Positions 27,629 through 37,347 of a stretch of DNA of 59,875 nucleotides are shown here, piece by piece; position 1 is the first letter of the stretch; each line of letters opens with the position of its first letter. The notes beneath the pieces are model-generated. The model saw only the letters and a program-made list of their open reading frames with translations. It did no database searches and was not told the DNA's origin. The position numbers and the translations under genes are program-made. This stretch comes from a virus (Duplodnaviria; Caudoviricetes), in the IMG/VR virus record IMGVR_UViG_3300023179_008242, positions 1 through 59,875 of that record, one strand, 5' to 3'.

Positions 27629-29644
27629 ATGTCTCTCATAACCCTGACCGACCAGAACGACCTTGTTGAGGCCTCTGCCTTCAAGCACGGAAGGTACCCG
27701 TTCGATTACTTCAACAAGGTCCAGAGCAGGGTCTTCGAGGTGCACGATAGGGACTGCAACTGCGTGATAGCGGCCCCCACGGGCGTGGGCAAGACCATAT
27801 GCGCGGAGCTTTTCATGGCCCACGAGGTCAGGAAGAGGGGAGGTAAGGCCATATACCTCGCCCCGCTCCGGGCTCTCGCCAAGGAGAAGATCGACGACTG
27901 GACTTCGCCCGGATCCGTGTTCGACGGCCTCAAGGTGGCCATATGCACGGGCGACTACAGGCTCACGGAGGCGCGCCACAAGGAGCTCGAGGAGGCTGAC
28001 GTGATAGTCATGACCTCTGAGATGTTGTCTTCGCGCTGCAGGAACATGGAGTCGGAGAAGAACGAGTTCCTGAAGGACTGCGGCACGATAGTTGTTGACG
28101 AGTCGCACCTCCTCACTGTCCCGGGTAGGGGCGACCACCTCGAGGTCGGACTCATGAAGTTCTCCAAGATCGCCCGCGACTTGCGGATAGTATTCCTGTC
28201 CGCGACGATGCCAAACGTCGACGAGATCGCGAATTGGGTGGCGTGCAGCCTTGTCAAGAAGGATACCTACCTCATAGTCTCCGACTACAGGCCGTGCCCG
28301 CTCGATATCCACTACGAGGAGTACGAGGTCGCCGAAACCTACGACCAGACCGAGGAGTACAAGGCGGAGAAGGCAGTCGATCTGATCAGGGAATACAAGG
28401 ACGACAAGTTTCTGGTCTTCGTCCACTCCAAGGCCACCGGAGAGAGGATCAGGTCGGCTCTGGCCGATCGGAGGATAGAGTGCGAGTTCCACAACGCCGA
28501 TCTGGAGAAGGAAAAGAGACACGCCGTCGAGGACAGGTTCAAGAACGGCGACTTGAGGGTATTGATCGCGACGAGCACCGTCGCGTGGGGCTGTAATCTT
28601 CCCGCCCGCAGGGTGATCATCGCCGGCGTCCACCGCGGAATGACGGAGGTCGAGACCTACGACATTTTCCAGATGGCAGGCCGAGCCGGCAGGCCGGGGT
28701 ACGACCCTCGTGGCGACGTTTACATCCTTGTGCCTGACAGGAACCCGGATCACCACATCGAGCGCCTATCCGTCCCCAAGAAGATAGAGTCACAGCTGCT
28801 TAACCATACTGGTAGCGAGGACGATCCGCACTACAAGACCCTCGCTTTCCATCTCGTCAGCGACATACATCACGGCTTGATATCTTGCATGGCCGACGTC
28901 CACGACTGGTACGCACGATCCCTCGCGTACTTCCAGTACAAGGAACTCGACGACTTGATAGCCGACAAGACCATAGACCTCCTCCTCAGGGTTGGGGCGA
29001 TCAAGGAGGAGGGTGGCAGGTACGAGGTCACCTCCGTCGGCAAGGTGTCGAGCATGCTTTACTACAGCCCGTTCGACGTCGCCGACCTTCGGCGCAACTT
29101 CAAGCATTTGTTCGCCAAATCCAACGAGTCGAACGATTTGGCCGTCGCCATGGCCCTCGGCAATGTGGATTCCATCCGGAGTGGCTTCGTGACAAGGGCG
29201 GAGAAGGACGAGATGGAGTTCTTCGCCGTCAAGTTCAGGAAGGCCTTCGGCGACTGGCCTGATGGAACCGTAAAAGGCGCCTACGCCTACCATTGCCTCT
29301 TCAACGGGTCTCCCCTTGGCCCCTTCGCGTCCATGGCAAGAGGTCTCCAGATGGACTTTGACAGGCTTGCCAGCGTCCTCAATCTTCTGGATTCGATGGC
29401 CGCCAAATGGAACAAGTCCTCGTTCTTCAGGGATCTTTCTATGCGTATCGCGTATGGCGTGCGCCAGGAACTTGTGGAGTTCTGCAGGCTTCCGGGAGTG
29501 GGAAAGGTTAGGGCCGAGAGGCTGTATGCCGCGGGATTCCGTAGGTCATCCGACATCCTCAAAAACCCCGCCGGGGCAAGCAAGGCTCTCAACATGAAAG
29601 AGGACAAGGTGGCGGACATACTGAACTATATCAAGGGGTCTTAA
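27629..29644 (+). CDS. Ski2/Hel308(Hjm)-like SF2 helicase
   Basis: FNKVQ, APTGVGKT, PLRALA.EK, DESH, LSATMPN, FHNADL, QMAGRAGRPGYD; C-terminal HhH LPGVGKVRAERLY. Confidence 0.9.
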   Translation: MSLITLTDQNDLVEASAFKHGRYPFDYFNKVQSRVFEVHDRDCNCVIAAPTGVGKTICAELFMAHEVRKRGGKAIYLAPLRALAKEKIDDWTSPGSVFDGLKVAICTGDYRLTEARHKELEEADVIVMTSEMLSSRCRNMESEKNEFLKDCGTIVVDESHLLTVPGRGDHLEVGLMKFSKIARDLRIVFLSATMPNVDEIANWVACSLVKKDTYLIVSDYRPCPLDIHYEEYEVAETYDQTEEYKAEKAVDLIREYKDDKFLVFVHSKATGERIRSALADRRIECEFHNADLEKEKRHAVEDRFKNGDLRVLIATSTVAWGCNLPARRVIIAGVHRGMTEVETYDIFQMAGRAGRPGYDPRGDVYILVPDRNPDHHIERLSVPKKIESQLLNHTGSEDDPHYKTLAFHLVSDIHHGLISCMADVHDWYARSLAYFQYKELDDLIADKTIDLLLRVGAIKEEGGRYEVTSVGKVSSMLYYSPFDVADLRRNFKHLFAKSNESNDLAVAMALGNVDSIRSGFVTRAEKDEMEFFAVKFRKAFGDWPDGTVKGAYAYHCLFNGSPLGPFASMARGLQMDFDRLASVLNLLDSMAAKWNKSSFFRDLSMRIAYGVRQELVEFCRLPGVGKVRAERLYAAGFRRSSDILKNPAGASKALNMKEDKVADILNYIKGS

Positions 29645-30552
29645 CGCCTTCTTCGTCTTCCCCTGACCTTGTCGGTTGCCATACGTACCTTGGCCACGAG
29701 CTCTTTCCTGTCGAGCGTGAGCGTCGACTTGTCTCTGTTGCTTTTCTGAACCCACAGCCCGGCAGACTGCGAGGAACAGTCGGACATGGTCTTGCAGCAC
29801 GAGCAACTTCCCTCGGTTTGCAGTTCGACTTCGATCGCCTCTCCGTCTTCCACGAACACGGTGCTTGAGCTCTGCCCGTTTATCACCAGAGTCACCGGAC
29901 ACCCGTCCAGATCAGGACCCGTGAGAGTCGCCGAAACTTCGCCGGCGCCGACAGCCTCCACGCCACCAGACGCCAGGTATAGACAGCATCCGTTGGTTGT
30001 GATCTTCACCGATGCGGTCTTGCAAACGCACGAACTGCTGGACGAAGAACTGCTGGACGACGAAGAACTCTCCGACGACGAAGAACTCTCCGACGACGAA
30101 GAACTGCTGGATGACGAAGAACTCTCCGACGACGAAGAACTCTCCGACGATGACGACGAATCCTCCACGGATGACGAGCTGCTACTGGGTTCCGTCGTCG
30201 TGGATGAACTTGGCTCTACCGTGGTGCTGCTGGGCTCTTCTGTTGTGGAGGAACTCGGTATGGATGGGACCGTGCCGCCAGCGGCGAATGTGAAGCCATT
30301 CGCCTCGAGAACCTTTTTTGAGAAGGATGGTATTCCGATAGTGCGCGGCTTCTTTTTCTTGAACAATAGGCCGTTGAAGTTGTAGCTTTGTTGGCATTCA
30401 CAGCCGCAGCCGCACTCGAACTCTATGGTTATGGCATCGCAGCAACCCTCTGGAGGACATATCTTCCCGCAGCAGTCCACGAAGCACTGTTGGCTGGGCA
30501 CTACGGCCTTGGCTGGTCTCCCCCTTTTGAACGGCCCGCAACAATTCCCCAT
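29641..30552 (-). CDS. Cys-rich protein with long poly-Ser linker
   Basis: MGNCCG start; multiple CC and CxCxC; ~70-aa S/E/T tract. Confidence 0.7.
   Translation of the reverse strand: MGNCCGPFKRGRPAKAVVPSQQCFVDCCGKICPPEGCCDAITIEFECGCGCECQQSYNFNGLLFKKKKPRTIGIPSFSKKVLEANGFTFAAGGTVPSIPSSSTTEEPSSTTVEPSSSTTTEPSSSSSSVEDSSSSSESSSSSESSSSSSSSSSSESSSSSESSSSSSSSSSSSSCVCKTASVKITTNGCCLYLASGGVEAVGAGEVSATLTGPDLDGCPVTLVINGQSSSTVFVEDGEAIEVELQTEGSCSCCKTMSDCSSQSAGLWVQKSNRDKSTLTLDRKELVAKVRMATDKVRGRRRRR
30031..30160. repeat. Imperfect tandem repeats encoding SSSSES
   Basis: gacgaagaactctccgac and gacgaagaactgctg units repeated. Confidence 0.8.
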
Positions 30553-30798
30553 CTACCTCCCGAAGAACCCGTCGGGGTACTCGATTTTCACTGTTCCATT
30601 GCCGTCCGTAGCCTCCCCGGTCTTGGGATCTTCCACCCACCACCTGACCTGCTCCACAGGTATGCCCAGATCGTCCATGTGGCATCTGTCGCTCGGGCTG
30701 ACAGGCATGTGCAGTGTTTCTCCCTCGACTAGAATTGCGACCTTGCATCGCTCGTTCGCCCTGTCAAAAAGTAGGCAGTTTCCGCAGATTGGTTCCAT
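30553..30798 (-). CDS. Small Cys-containing hypothetical protein
   Basis: CGNC...C...C motif; CTAAATA upstream; abuts the next gene. Confidence 0.65.
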   Translation of the reverse strand: MEPICGNCLLFDRANERCKVAILVEGETLHMPVSPSDRCHMDDLGIPVEQVRWWVEDPKTGEATDGNGTVKIEYPDGFFGR

Positions 30799-30823
30799 GT
30801 GTCACCTGTGTGTTATTTAGGCT

Positions 30824-30851
30824 TTGAAATCTGGCATTAGAAGAGTATAAT
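30824..30851 (+). promoter_or_regulatory. Sigma70-like promoter upstream of dNMP kinase
   Basis: TTGAAA-16 nt-TATAAT. Confidence 0.55.
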
Positions 30852-30869
30852 GCCAATAAGGAGGACGAC

Positions 30870-31472
30870 ATGATAGTAGGGGTTGCCGGGCAGCTCAGGC
30901 AGGGAAAAGATGTGGCCGCCGACCACATCGCCAGAGAATTGGGCCTCGGTCGAGGCGCCTTCGCAGGCAGCGTCAAGCAGGCTTTTTGCGAGTACTTTGG
31001 CGTGGATATGGAATTCGTCGAGCGCTGGAAGGTGATTCATGACCCTCCGCCGGGCTTCAAGATCAACGTCAGAAAGGCCCTTCAGTTCATAGGTGACGGG
31101 TTCCGCGGGATCAAGGAGGAGGTCTGGATAGAGACCTTTTTCAGAAAGTCGCCGAAGGGCGTGGTGATTTCAGATGTCAGATACAGGAACGAGCTCGCGG
31201 CGGTCAGGCAGAGGGGCGGATTTAACATGCTGATGTTCCGCCCGGGATTCCTGAATGACGACCCAAACGGATCCGAATCCCAGATACGCAGGTTTGTCGA
31301 TCGCTTTTTGGAGGACGGCAAAGAGGGCAGGGTCGAGGCCGAGGGAGATTTCGGCCTGGTGGATTTTTTCATCGTCAACGACGGCACGATCGACGACCTT
31401 TACGCGAAGATCGACGAGATGGTGATTCCATTTCTGAAGCGATCAGGGATGGCCAGGTGCGCCTCACGATGA
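30870..31472 (+). CDS. Deoxynucleoside monophosphate kinase (T4 gp1-like)
   Basis: IVGVAG...GKD, FAGSVK, R.ALQ.IG, VISDVRY.NE, SE, NDGT..DL. Confidence 0.88.
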   Translation: MIVGVAGQLRQGKDVAADHIARELGLGRGAFAGSVKQAFCEYFGVDMEFVERWKVIHDPPPGFKINVRKALQFIGDGFRGIKEEVWIETFFRKSPKGVVISDVRYRNELAAVRQRGGFNMLMFRPGFLNDDPNGSESQIRRFVDRFLEDGKEGRVEAEGDFGLVDFFIVNDGTIDDLYAKIDEMVIPFLKRSGMARCASR

Positions 31473-31917
31473 AGCTCGGGAAGCTCTCCGCCAGCCAGTC
31501 GCGGAACCCAAACCCAGGCCTGGATTCGACGTACTGTTCGAAGTTGCTCGCATTTTTGTCGATCTGCGACACGACTATGTCTTCTGGGCCAATCTCGACC
31601 CCCTGCCGCTTCCTCCAAGTGTACGCGGATCCTGTTTCGTAGGTGCCCGGGGGGATGTCTATCGTGTACACGCCCTCCCTGAATCTTGCCACCACATAAA
31701 CATGGACTTCGCCGATTGACTGCGAGACGGTAGCGGCCTCAACTCCGTGGCCCTCCAGCACGCCGGCGATGGCGTCTGCTATGGAGTGGCATATGCCCCC
31801 GTACCCGAACTCTTCGTCGTGTCCGTCTGAGTCTTGTGTCCACGCGTCGTACACCGATTGAGCCTCGCGGGCAATCTGTGGAAGCATGGGGGTCAAGGAT
31901 GACACGGAAGGATCCAT
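31375..31917 (-). CDS. Hypothetical protein
   Basis: GGICH.IA and HVY motifs; start overlaps the upstream stop (TAATG). Confidence 0.65.
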   Translation of the reverse strand: MDPSVSSLTPMLPQIAREAQSVYDAWTQDSDGHDEEFGYGGICHSIADAIAGVLEGHGVEAATVSQSIGEVHVYVVARFREGVYTIDIPPGTYETGSAYTWRKRQGVEIGPEDIVVSQIDKNASNFEQYVESRPGFGFRDWLAESFPSFIVRRTWPSLIASEMESPSRRSSRKGRRSCRR

Positions 31918-32315
31918 TACGGAGTTCCTGCGGCGGGAGGCGGCTGGAAATCTTGAGACAGAAGTTTGTCTAGTTCGTCTATCGGCACGACGAAGGTTCC
32001 CTCGTCTGCCTCACCCTCCATCCTTCGGATGCCGTCTTTTCCTTGTCTGTATCTTCTGTCGTTTATTGCTCGGTCTTCAATCGTCCTCACGACGGCGTGG
32101 GTCGGCGACCCGTCGGAGTCTCTGATGATCTTGACCACTCGGTACGCGCCTAGGTTTTTTATGTCCTTGCCCAGGGAGTAGAAACTCCCGACCTGCGGCT
32201 CCTCGCCCAGATCGTCGGGGTTTATCCCGAGTTCGTCGCTTATCGCGTCGATGTAGGGGGTGCTGACTTCCCGCTCCTTGTCTTCTACGAATTTCCTGAA
32301 CGATTTTGGTCTCAT
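31917..32315 (-). CDS. Hypothetical protein (capsid-targeting-like N-terminus)
   Basis: MRPKSFRKFVED; CTATATA 7 nt upstream. Confidence 0.7.
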   Translation of the reverse strand: MRPKSFRKFVEDKEREVSTPYIDAISDELGINPDDLGEEPQVGSFYSLGKDIKNLGAYRVVKIIRDSDGSPTHAVVRTIEDRAINDRRYRQGKDGIRRMEGEADEGTFVVPIDELDKLLSQDFQPPPAAGTP

Positions 32316-32357
32316 CGCAAAGTATATAGAGTCCGTGACTCTTTATTGGGGGATTAG

Positions 32358-32741
32358 ATGTTCTCGGATTTTAGGAGCCTGATGGACAGGTGGGACAGCG
32401 CGAGCAGGGTGATGGTCGAGAGCGACCTGTGCCTGTTCTTCCGCAAGGACGGGAGGCTCTACGGAGCCGGAGAATCGTCCAGGATCACCTTCGCCAGGAT
32501 GAAGAACCCGGAGACGAAAGAGGACAGGGAGTGGCGCAAGGAGGCCACCTTCTCGGCGCACGACCTCGAGAAAACCGCCGATGGCTCGGGTTCCATGGTG
32601 GTCATGACGGCGGCCGACCTCCCGGAGATAGAGGTGGTCGACCATGCCGTGGCGGAAAGGGAGATGAAGAAGATGGGCAAGCCTTTGCCTGCGGTGTCGG
32701 ACGACGACGATGTGCGGGGCAAGTCCATAGGGGAGGAGTGA
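32358..32741 (+). CDS. Hypothetical protein
   Basis: ORF with coding bias. Confidence 0.65.
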   Translation: MFSDFRSLMDRWDSASRVMVESDLCLFFRKDGRLYGAGESSRITFARMKNPETKEDREWRKEATFSAHDLEKTADGSGSMVVMTAADLPEIEVVDHAVAEREMKKMGKPLPAVSDDDDVRGKSIGEE

Positions 32742-32926
32742 CCGTGGCCTCCTACAATTCGATAGAGAGTTGGGCGAGCCGCCTCGGCTACGTGGTGGAG
32801 CGCTGCGAGGGCGGCTACGTCTGGCATCCCGCGCACGAACAGGCCGTGAACTTTTGCGCCACCTCGCGTGAGGCCATGGAGAAGATTCTCGAGGCCATCA
32901 AGGGGGAATACAAGGGGGGAGAATGA
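32738..32926 (+). CDS. Small hypothetical protein
   Basis: GTGA coupling upstream and ATGA coupling downstream. Confidence 0.55.
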   Translation: MTVASYNSIESWASRLGYVVERCEGGYVWHPAHEQAVNFCATSREAMEKILEAIKGEYKGGE

Positions 32927-33585
32927 CGATGCAGTTCGGCGACTCTGCCGGAAAGCACGTGTGCTTCTGCTGCGGCGTACAGTTCTCGTCGTATGACGAG
33001 TTCAAGTCCCACATACTTGAGTCCCACGAGGAGGGCAGGGACTTCGTTCGTTGCCCTCTGGATCACTGCGGAGCCCCGGTGAGGGACGCCAAACTCCACA
33101 TCAAGGTGAAGCACCCGAGGTACGACTTGCGTAACTTCAGGGGACAGGCCAAGGCCATCGTGTGGCACGACTTCTCCGCCAAGGGCAAGAAGACCAAGAA
33201 GCCGAGGTTCAAGCAGGGCAAGTACGAGTCGACCAAGACGGGGCGCGTGCTGGGCTACCGTTCCGGTCTGGAGGAGAAGCTCTACAAGATACTGGACCGG
33301 CACGACGAGGTGGTCTCCTTTTACGAGGAACCCTTCAACATCGACTACATCCACAGGGGCCAGGCTCACAAGTACATACCCGACCTTTTCGTCACCTTCA
33401 TGGACGGGCACAAGGAGCTTTGGGAGGTCAAGCCCACCAGCCAGACCGACCTAGAGCAGAACAAGAACAAGTGGCGCGCGGCCGAGCAGGCTTGCAAGAT
33501 AAGGGGCTGGAAGTTCGAGGTATTCACGGAGCAGAGGATCGACAAGCTCGCCCAGGAGGTCAGGAGGCAGAGTCTGGACGACTAG
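32923..33585 (+). CDS. TnsA-N / T4 gp4 head-completion-like PD-(D/E)xK nuclease with N-terminal C2H2-like zinc fingers
   Basis: CFCC..H...H and CP..HC...H...H; YRSGLE, EEP..I.Y, YIPDLFV, EVKP, K..AA...C...GWKFEVFTE. Confidence 0.8.
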   Translation: MTMQFGDSAGKHVCFCCGVQFSSYDEFKSHILESHEEGRDFVRCPLDHCGAPVRDAKLHIKVKHPRYDLRNFRGQAKAIVWHDFSAKGKKTKKPRFKQGKYESTKTGRVLGYRSGLEEKLYKILDRHDEVVSFYEEPFNIDYIHRGQAHKYIPDLFVTFMDGHKELWEVKPTSQTDLEQNKNKWRAAEQACKIRGWKFEVFTEQRIDKLAQEVRRQSLDD

Positions 33586-33610
33586 GTCTTCGTTTGCTTA
33601 TAATCCGGGC

Positions 33611-33949
33611 ATGGAAATAGTCATCAAGGGCTGGGGCCACGAGAAGGTAATCCACAACTCCGACGGCTACTGCGGCAAAATCCTCTGCTTCAGGAAGGGC
33701 GGGAGGTGCAGCTACCACTACCACCGCACCAAGACGGAGACTTTCTACTGCGTGGGCAGGGTTGTCGTAAGGCACGGATGGTCTGACGATGTGGCCTCAG
33801 CAGAGGAGACCGTCTTGACCACGGGGGACTCGTTCCATGTCCCGGCCGGACTCAGGCACCAGATGGAGGCTCTCGAGGACTCCGAGTTGTACGAGTTCTC
33901 GACCCCGGACTCGCCCGAAGATTCCATAAGAATCGTCTTGGGCGACTAG
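33611..33949 (+). CDS. Cupin-domain protein (sugar isomerase-like)
   Basis: KGWGHE, SYHYH..K.ETFY, HVPAG.RH, EFST. Confidence 0.85.
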   Translation: MEIVIKGWGHEKVIHNSDGYCGKILCFRKGGRCSYHYHRTKTETFYCVGRVVVRHGWSDDVASAEETVLTTGDSFHVPAGLRHQMEALEDSELYEFSTPDSPEDSIRIVLGD

Positions 33950-33957
33950 ATATCCCC

Positions 33958-34770
33958 ATGGGATTCAAGGAGTGGCTTGTGGAGGAGGGTTCAAGAGAGC
34001 TTGCCAAGGCATATTCGGATGCCTTGAGGGATGTCCCTGAGAATCCAGAGCACCACCCGGAGGGGACTACACTAAAGCATGTTAAGCTGGTGCGGAGGGC
34101 TGTTCTGGGAGCCGCCGAAGAACTGCGCAAACTGAAGTCCGACCCCTCCCTTGGCGACATACTGGCCAACATTGATTTTTCCCTGTCGGACCGGGAGGTG
34201 CAGATACTTAACCTTGCCGCTTGGCTCCACGACATAGGCAAAGCGACGGCCACCACGATAGGAGGTCTGCCTTTTAGAAACGCCATGGGAGCCGGGGGGA
34301 AGATACAGGCCATAGGCCACGAGAAGCCCGACCACTACTCCCCGCAGATAGACATGCTTCGGTCTGTGGCTCCTGATTCATTGGTGAGGCTTTACGACGA
34401 GAACCGCGATCTTGTCAACTTTCTTATAGAAAGACACATGGACTTTGCCCACGGCGGGTTCCCGAATCGCGTGATCGCCGACTTTTTCGACAACGGCAGA
34501 ATCAAGAACGACCAGCGCATGAAACTGCTTCTGGTTCTTATGTGGGCAGACAAGATGGGGAGGGCCAAGGAGCCGAACCTAGAGAAAAGCGTCGCGAGGC
34601 TCAAGGATGCCGCGGAGAAGAGCCGAAGGGCTGGAGCCAACACAGGCAGGCGTTCTAATCCGTTCTTCGGGAACGAGGAAGAGTTCAGGGCCATGCTCAA
34701 ATCGCGCGGACTCGACCAGGCGTCAATAGACGCCGCCGCAGAGGCCAAATTCCCGAAGGTTCGAAGTTGA
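33958..34770 (+). CDS. HD-domain phosphohydrolase with capsid-targeting-like N-terminus
   Basis: HHPEG...H, AAWLHDIGK, GHE, HM, WADKMGR resemble the HD domain of CCA-adding enzymes; start MGFKEWLVEE. Confidence 0.75.
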   Translation: MGFKEWLVEEGSRELAKAYSDALRDVPENPEHHPEGTTLKHVKLVRRAVLGAAEELRKLKSDPSLGDILANIDFSLSDREVQILNLAAWLHDIGKATATTIGGLPFRNAMGAGGKIQAIGHEKPDHYSPQIDMLRSVAPDSLVRLYDENRDLVNFLIERHMDFAHGGFPNRVIADFFDNGRIKNDQRMKLLLVLMWADKMGRAKEPNLEKSVARLKDAAEKSRRAGANTGRRSNPFFGNEEEFRAMLKSRGLDQASIDAAAEAKFPKVRS

Positions 34771-34805
34771 CATAAATAATCGGTTTTCATAGACTCTTTG
34801 AGATC

Positions 34806-35846
34806 ATGAAAACCGACCTGTATGTCTTCCAGTGGATATCCGACCTTGGCGGCGCGGACACCCGACTCAAGGAGTTACTCGTCCTTCTCAAGGACGACTT
34901 CAACATCACCTGCATTCCCAATGACGAATTCAGGTTGGGAGAGAAGCACAACACGGACTTCTTGGACGCGCTGGGCGTTAAATACTGCATGCCCGAGAAG
35001 CTCCCCAAGAGGCCGAAGGGGTTCGCGTACGCCAACTGCAACTTCCGGCTGTTCAAGGAGCCGAAAAGGATAGACTTCATCAATGGCCTGGGGCTTAAAT
35101 TCCTCTGGTCTAACGACATGATGTGGACTACGGGCGAGGAGATAGAGGCGATAAAGAAGGGCAAGGTCGACTGCTGCCTTTTTACCTCGCCGTTCCACGA
35201 GAGCGTCATAGGAAAAAAGTTCACGGACGCCAAGAAGGGCCAAAAGACGGCCATTCTTGAGAACTACTTCGACAGCTCCACGTGGCCGTATGTGGAGCGT
35301 CCTGCGCGCGAGTCGATGGTCTGCGGAAAGGTCAGCAGAAGCGACCAGATGAAGTTCTCCGAGGACTTCCCTGTGTTCTACGAGCGGGCCGCGGACGGGC
35401 TCCCCGTCTCGTTCAGAGTCATGGGGTGGAGCAAGGAGATCGCCGCAAAGTACTCCTGGTTTGAGTTCGACGGCAGGTGGGACCTCCTTTCCACCAACAA
35501 GGAGCCGACGCAGAAGTTCTACGAGTCGATCGACGTGTTCCTCTACAATTGCAACCACAAGTTCATAGAGAACCAGAGCAGGGCGATTGTCGAGTCCCAA
35601 TTGACGGGGCTACCCGTCGTCGCTCCGAACAAGTGGAACTTCCCCAACATGATTTGGGACGAGAGGACGGGATTCCTCTGGGAGACGCTTTCGCACATGA
35701 AGGACGCGCTGGCGCAACTCGCCGACCCCGTGATCCGCAGGAAGATGGGCCGGCTAGCAAGCGAATGCACTAGGGAAATCTGGTGCGACGCGGCCGTGGC
35801 CAAGAAAAAATGGGACAAACTTTTGAACTTTGTGGAGGCAGCATGA
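34806..35846 (+). CDS. Glycosyltransferase (GT4-like, GT-B fold)
   Basis: GGAD at N-terminus; ENQSRAIVESQLTGLPVV (EX7E-like). Confidence 0.8.
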   Translation: MKTDLYVFQWISDLGGADTRLKELLVLLKDDFNITCIPNDEFRLGEKHNTDFLDALGVKYCMPEKLPKRPKGFAYANCNFRLFKEPKRIDFINGLGLKFLWSNDMMWTTGEEIEAIKKGKVDCCLFTSPFHESVIGKKFTDAKKGQKTAILENYFDSSTWPYVERPARESMVCGKVSRSDQMKFSEDFPVFYERAADGLPVSFRVMGWSKEIAAKYSWFEFDGRWDLLSTNKEPTQKFYESIDVFLYNCNHKFIENQSRAIVESQLTGLPVVAPNKWNFPNMIWDERTGFLWETLSHMKDALAQLADPVIRRKMGRLASECTREIWCDAAVAKKKWDKLLNFVEAA

Positions 35847-36706
35847 AGACCCTTATCTGGTCGGTCGCTTGGGGGGACTACAGGTACATGACGCAGGCGC
35901 TGATGGACTCCATCAGGTCCGTCGGCATAACTCACGACATACTGACCTTTTCGGACGAGCCTCTCGCCAACGTCGTGTCTTGCGAGATGGACAAATCTAT
36001 CGAGATGGACTTCAAGCAGTACTGGAAGTTCCACTACCTCCGCAAGTTGGAGGCCATGGACTACGACCTGTTCGTGTTCATAGACAGTGACCACTATTTC
36101 GTTAGAAAGCCCTCCAAGGACTTTTCGGAGATCATAGGTTCCGACCCGTGGCACTCCTTCCTAGAGTCTCCCATCAACTCCCCGGAAACCAAAAGGGGCG
36201 ATTGGTGGGGCGTGCCGAATCAGGCCATGACGCTCATCTACAGGGATTTTGGCGTCGTCCAAGACGTGGTCTACAACACGAACGGAGGATTCTGGATGTG
36301 CAAGAAGCCTTTCATCAAGCACGCCGCCGCCACCGGCCTTCTTTTCAAAGACTACCAGAGAAACCTTGGCCTCGACCTCCCGGAGGAGGTTGCCATAGCC
36401 GTCATGTCCCATCTTTTTAGCAGGGACTACTCGAACAGGTTTCACTCTCAAAACACGGACATGTGGGCGAGCGAGTGGACGGGCGCGCTCAAGGACAAGG
36501 TCCCCGACGGCTCCCCTTGGGAGTTCCAGGAGTACATGACAAACGCTCGCTTCACGGTGAACCCAGCCATCGTCCACGCCATGAGAAGCAAGTCTGCCTT
36601 GACGGCCGCTGGGAAGCAGGTTTTCGAACGCACCAAGATGGAAAGGATTTTCACGCCTTGGGACGAGGCGAAGAGGTTGGGTGCCAAGAAGGGCGTCTTC
36701 TCGTGA
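35843..36706 (+). CDS. Glycosyltransferase-like protein (GT-A fold)
   Basis: YDLFVFIDSDH, NTNGGFW, IVH motifs. Confidence 0.65.
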   Translation: MKTLIWSVAWGDYRYMTQALMDSIRSVGITHDILTFSDEPLANVVSCEMDKSIEMDFKQYWKFHYLRKLEAMDYDLFVFIDSDHYFVRKPSKDFSEIIGSDPWHSFLESPINSPETKRGDWWGVPNQAMTLIYRDFGVVQDVVYNTNGGFWMCKKPFIKHAAATGLLFKDYQRNLGLDLPEEVAIAVMSHLFSRDYSNRFHSQNTDMWASEWTGALKDKVPDGSPWEFQEYMTNARFTVNPAIVHAMRSKSALTAAGKQVFERTKMERIFTPWDEAKRLGAKKGVFS

Positions 36707-37347
36707 AAGTCGAATTAATTGGACATTTCGGAGACGACCTCATGGTCGTCAACGCCGCGCGCGTCAGCTACGGCAAGAGCAAGTCGGAGTTCGACGACAA
36801 GGACGCGAGGCTGATACGTTTTCTGGTCGACCACGGGCACACCTCGCCGTTCAGGCACCCGCAGCTGCAGTTCAGGATTCAATGTCCCATATTCGTGGAA
36901 CGCCAGCTCTTCAAGCATCAGGTCGGCCTCACCGCCAATAGCATAAGCGGTCGATATGTGGACTTTTCCGACGAGTACTGGCTTCCCGAAAGGCTCCGCC
37001 TGCAGTCGAAGGACAGCAAGCAGGGCAGCTCGGGAGACCTTGACTACGAGACCAACTCGCGTTTTGTGGAGAAGATCAAGTCTTTGGTTGAAGACTGCAA
37101 GTCCCTGTATTCTGAGATGGATTCTGCGGGCGTCGCCAAGGAGCAGTGCCGAGTCGTTCTGCCGCTCTGCCTTGAGACGCAGTTCGTTTGGACAGGTTCT
37201 TTGGCCGCCTTCGTCCACCTATGGAGACTCAGGCTGAAAACCGACACGCAGGCCGAAACGCGCGAGGTGGTCGGCATGATGCTCGACGAGGTGAAGAGCA
37301 TCCCTGGTTCCCCGTTTCAACGCACGCTTGAGGCGTTCGGCCTGTGA
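36703..37347 (+). CDS. thyX: FAD-dependent thymidylate synthase ThyX
   Basis: VNAARVSY, GHTSPF, PIFVERQLFKH...NSISGRY, GVAKEQCR.VLP, LR..TQ.E; GTG start. Confidence 0.95.
   Translation: MKVELIGHFGDDLMVVNAARVSYGKSKSEFDDKDARLIRFLVDHGHTSPFRHPQLQFRIQCPIFVERQLFKHQVGLTANSISGRYVDFSDEYWLPERLRLQSKDSKQGSSGDLDYETNSRFVEKIKSLVEDCKSLYSEMDSAGVAKEQCRVVLPLCLETQFVWTGSLAAFVHLWRLRLKTDTQAETREVVGMMLDEVKSIPGSPFQRTLEAFGL

Noticed and set aside
32923-33585. Tn7-like transposon
   Set aside because: Only a TnsA-N-like nuclease domain; no TnsB/TnsC or terminal repeats. The fold is shared with phage gp4 head-completion nucleases.
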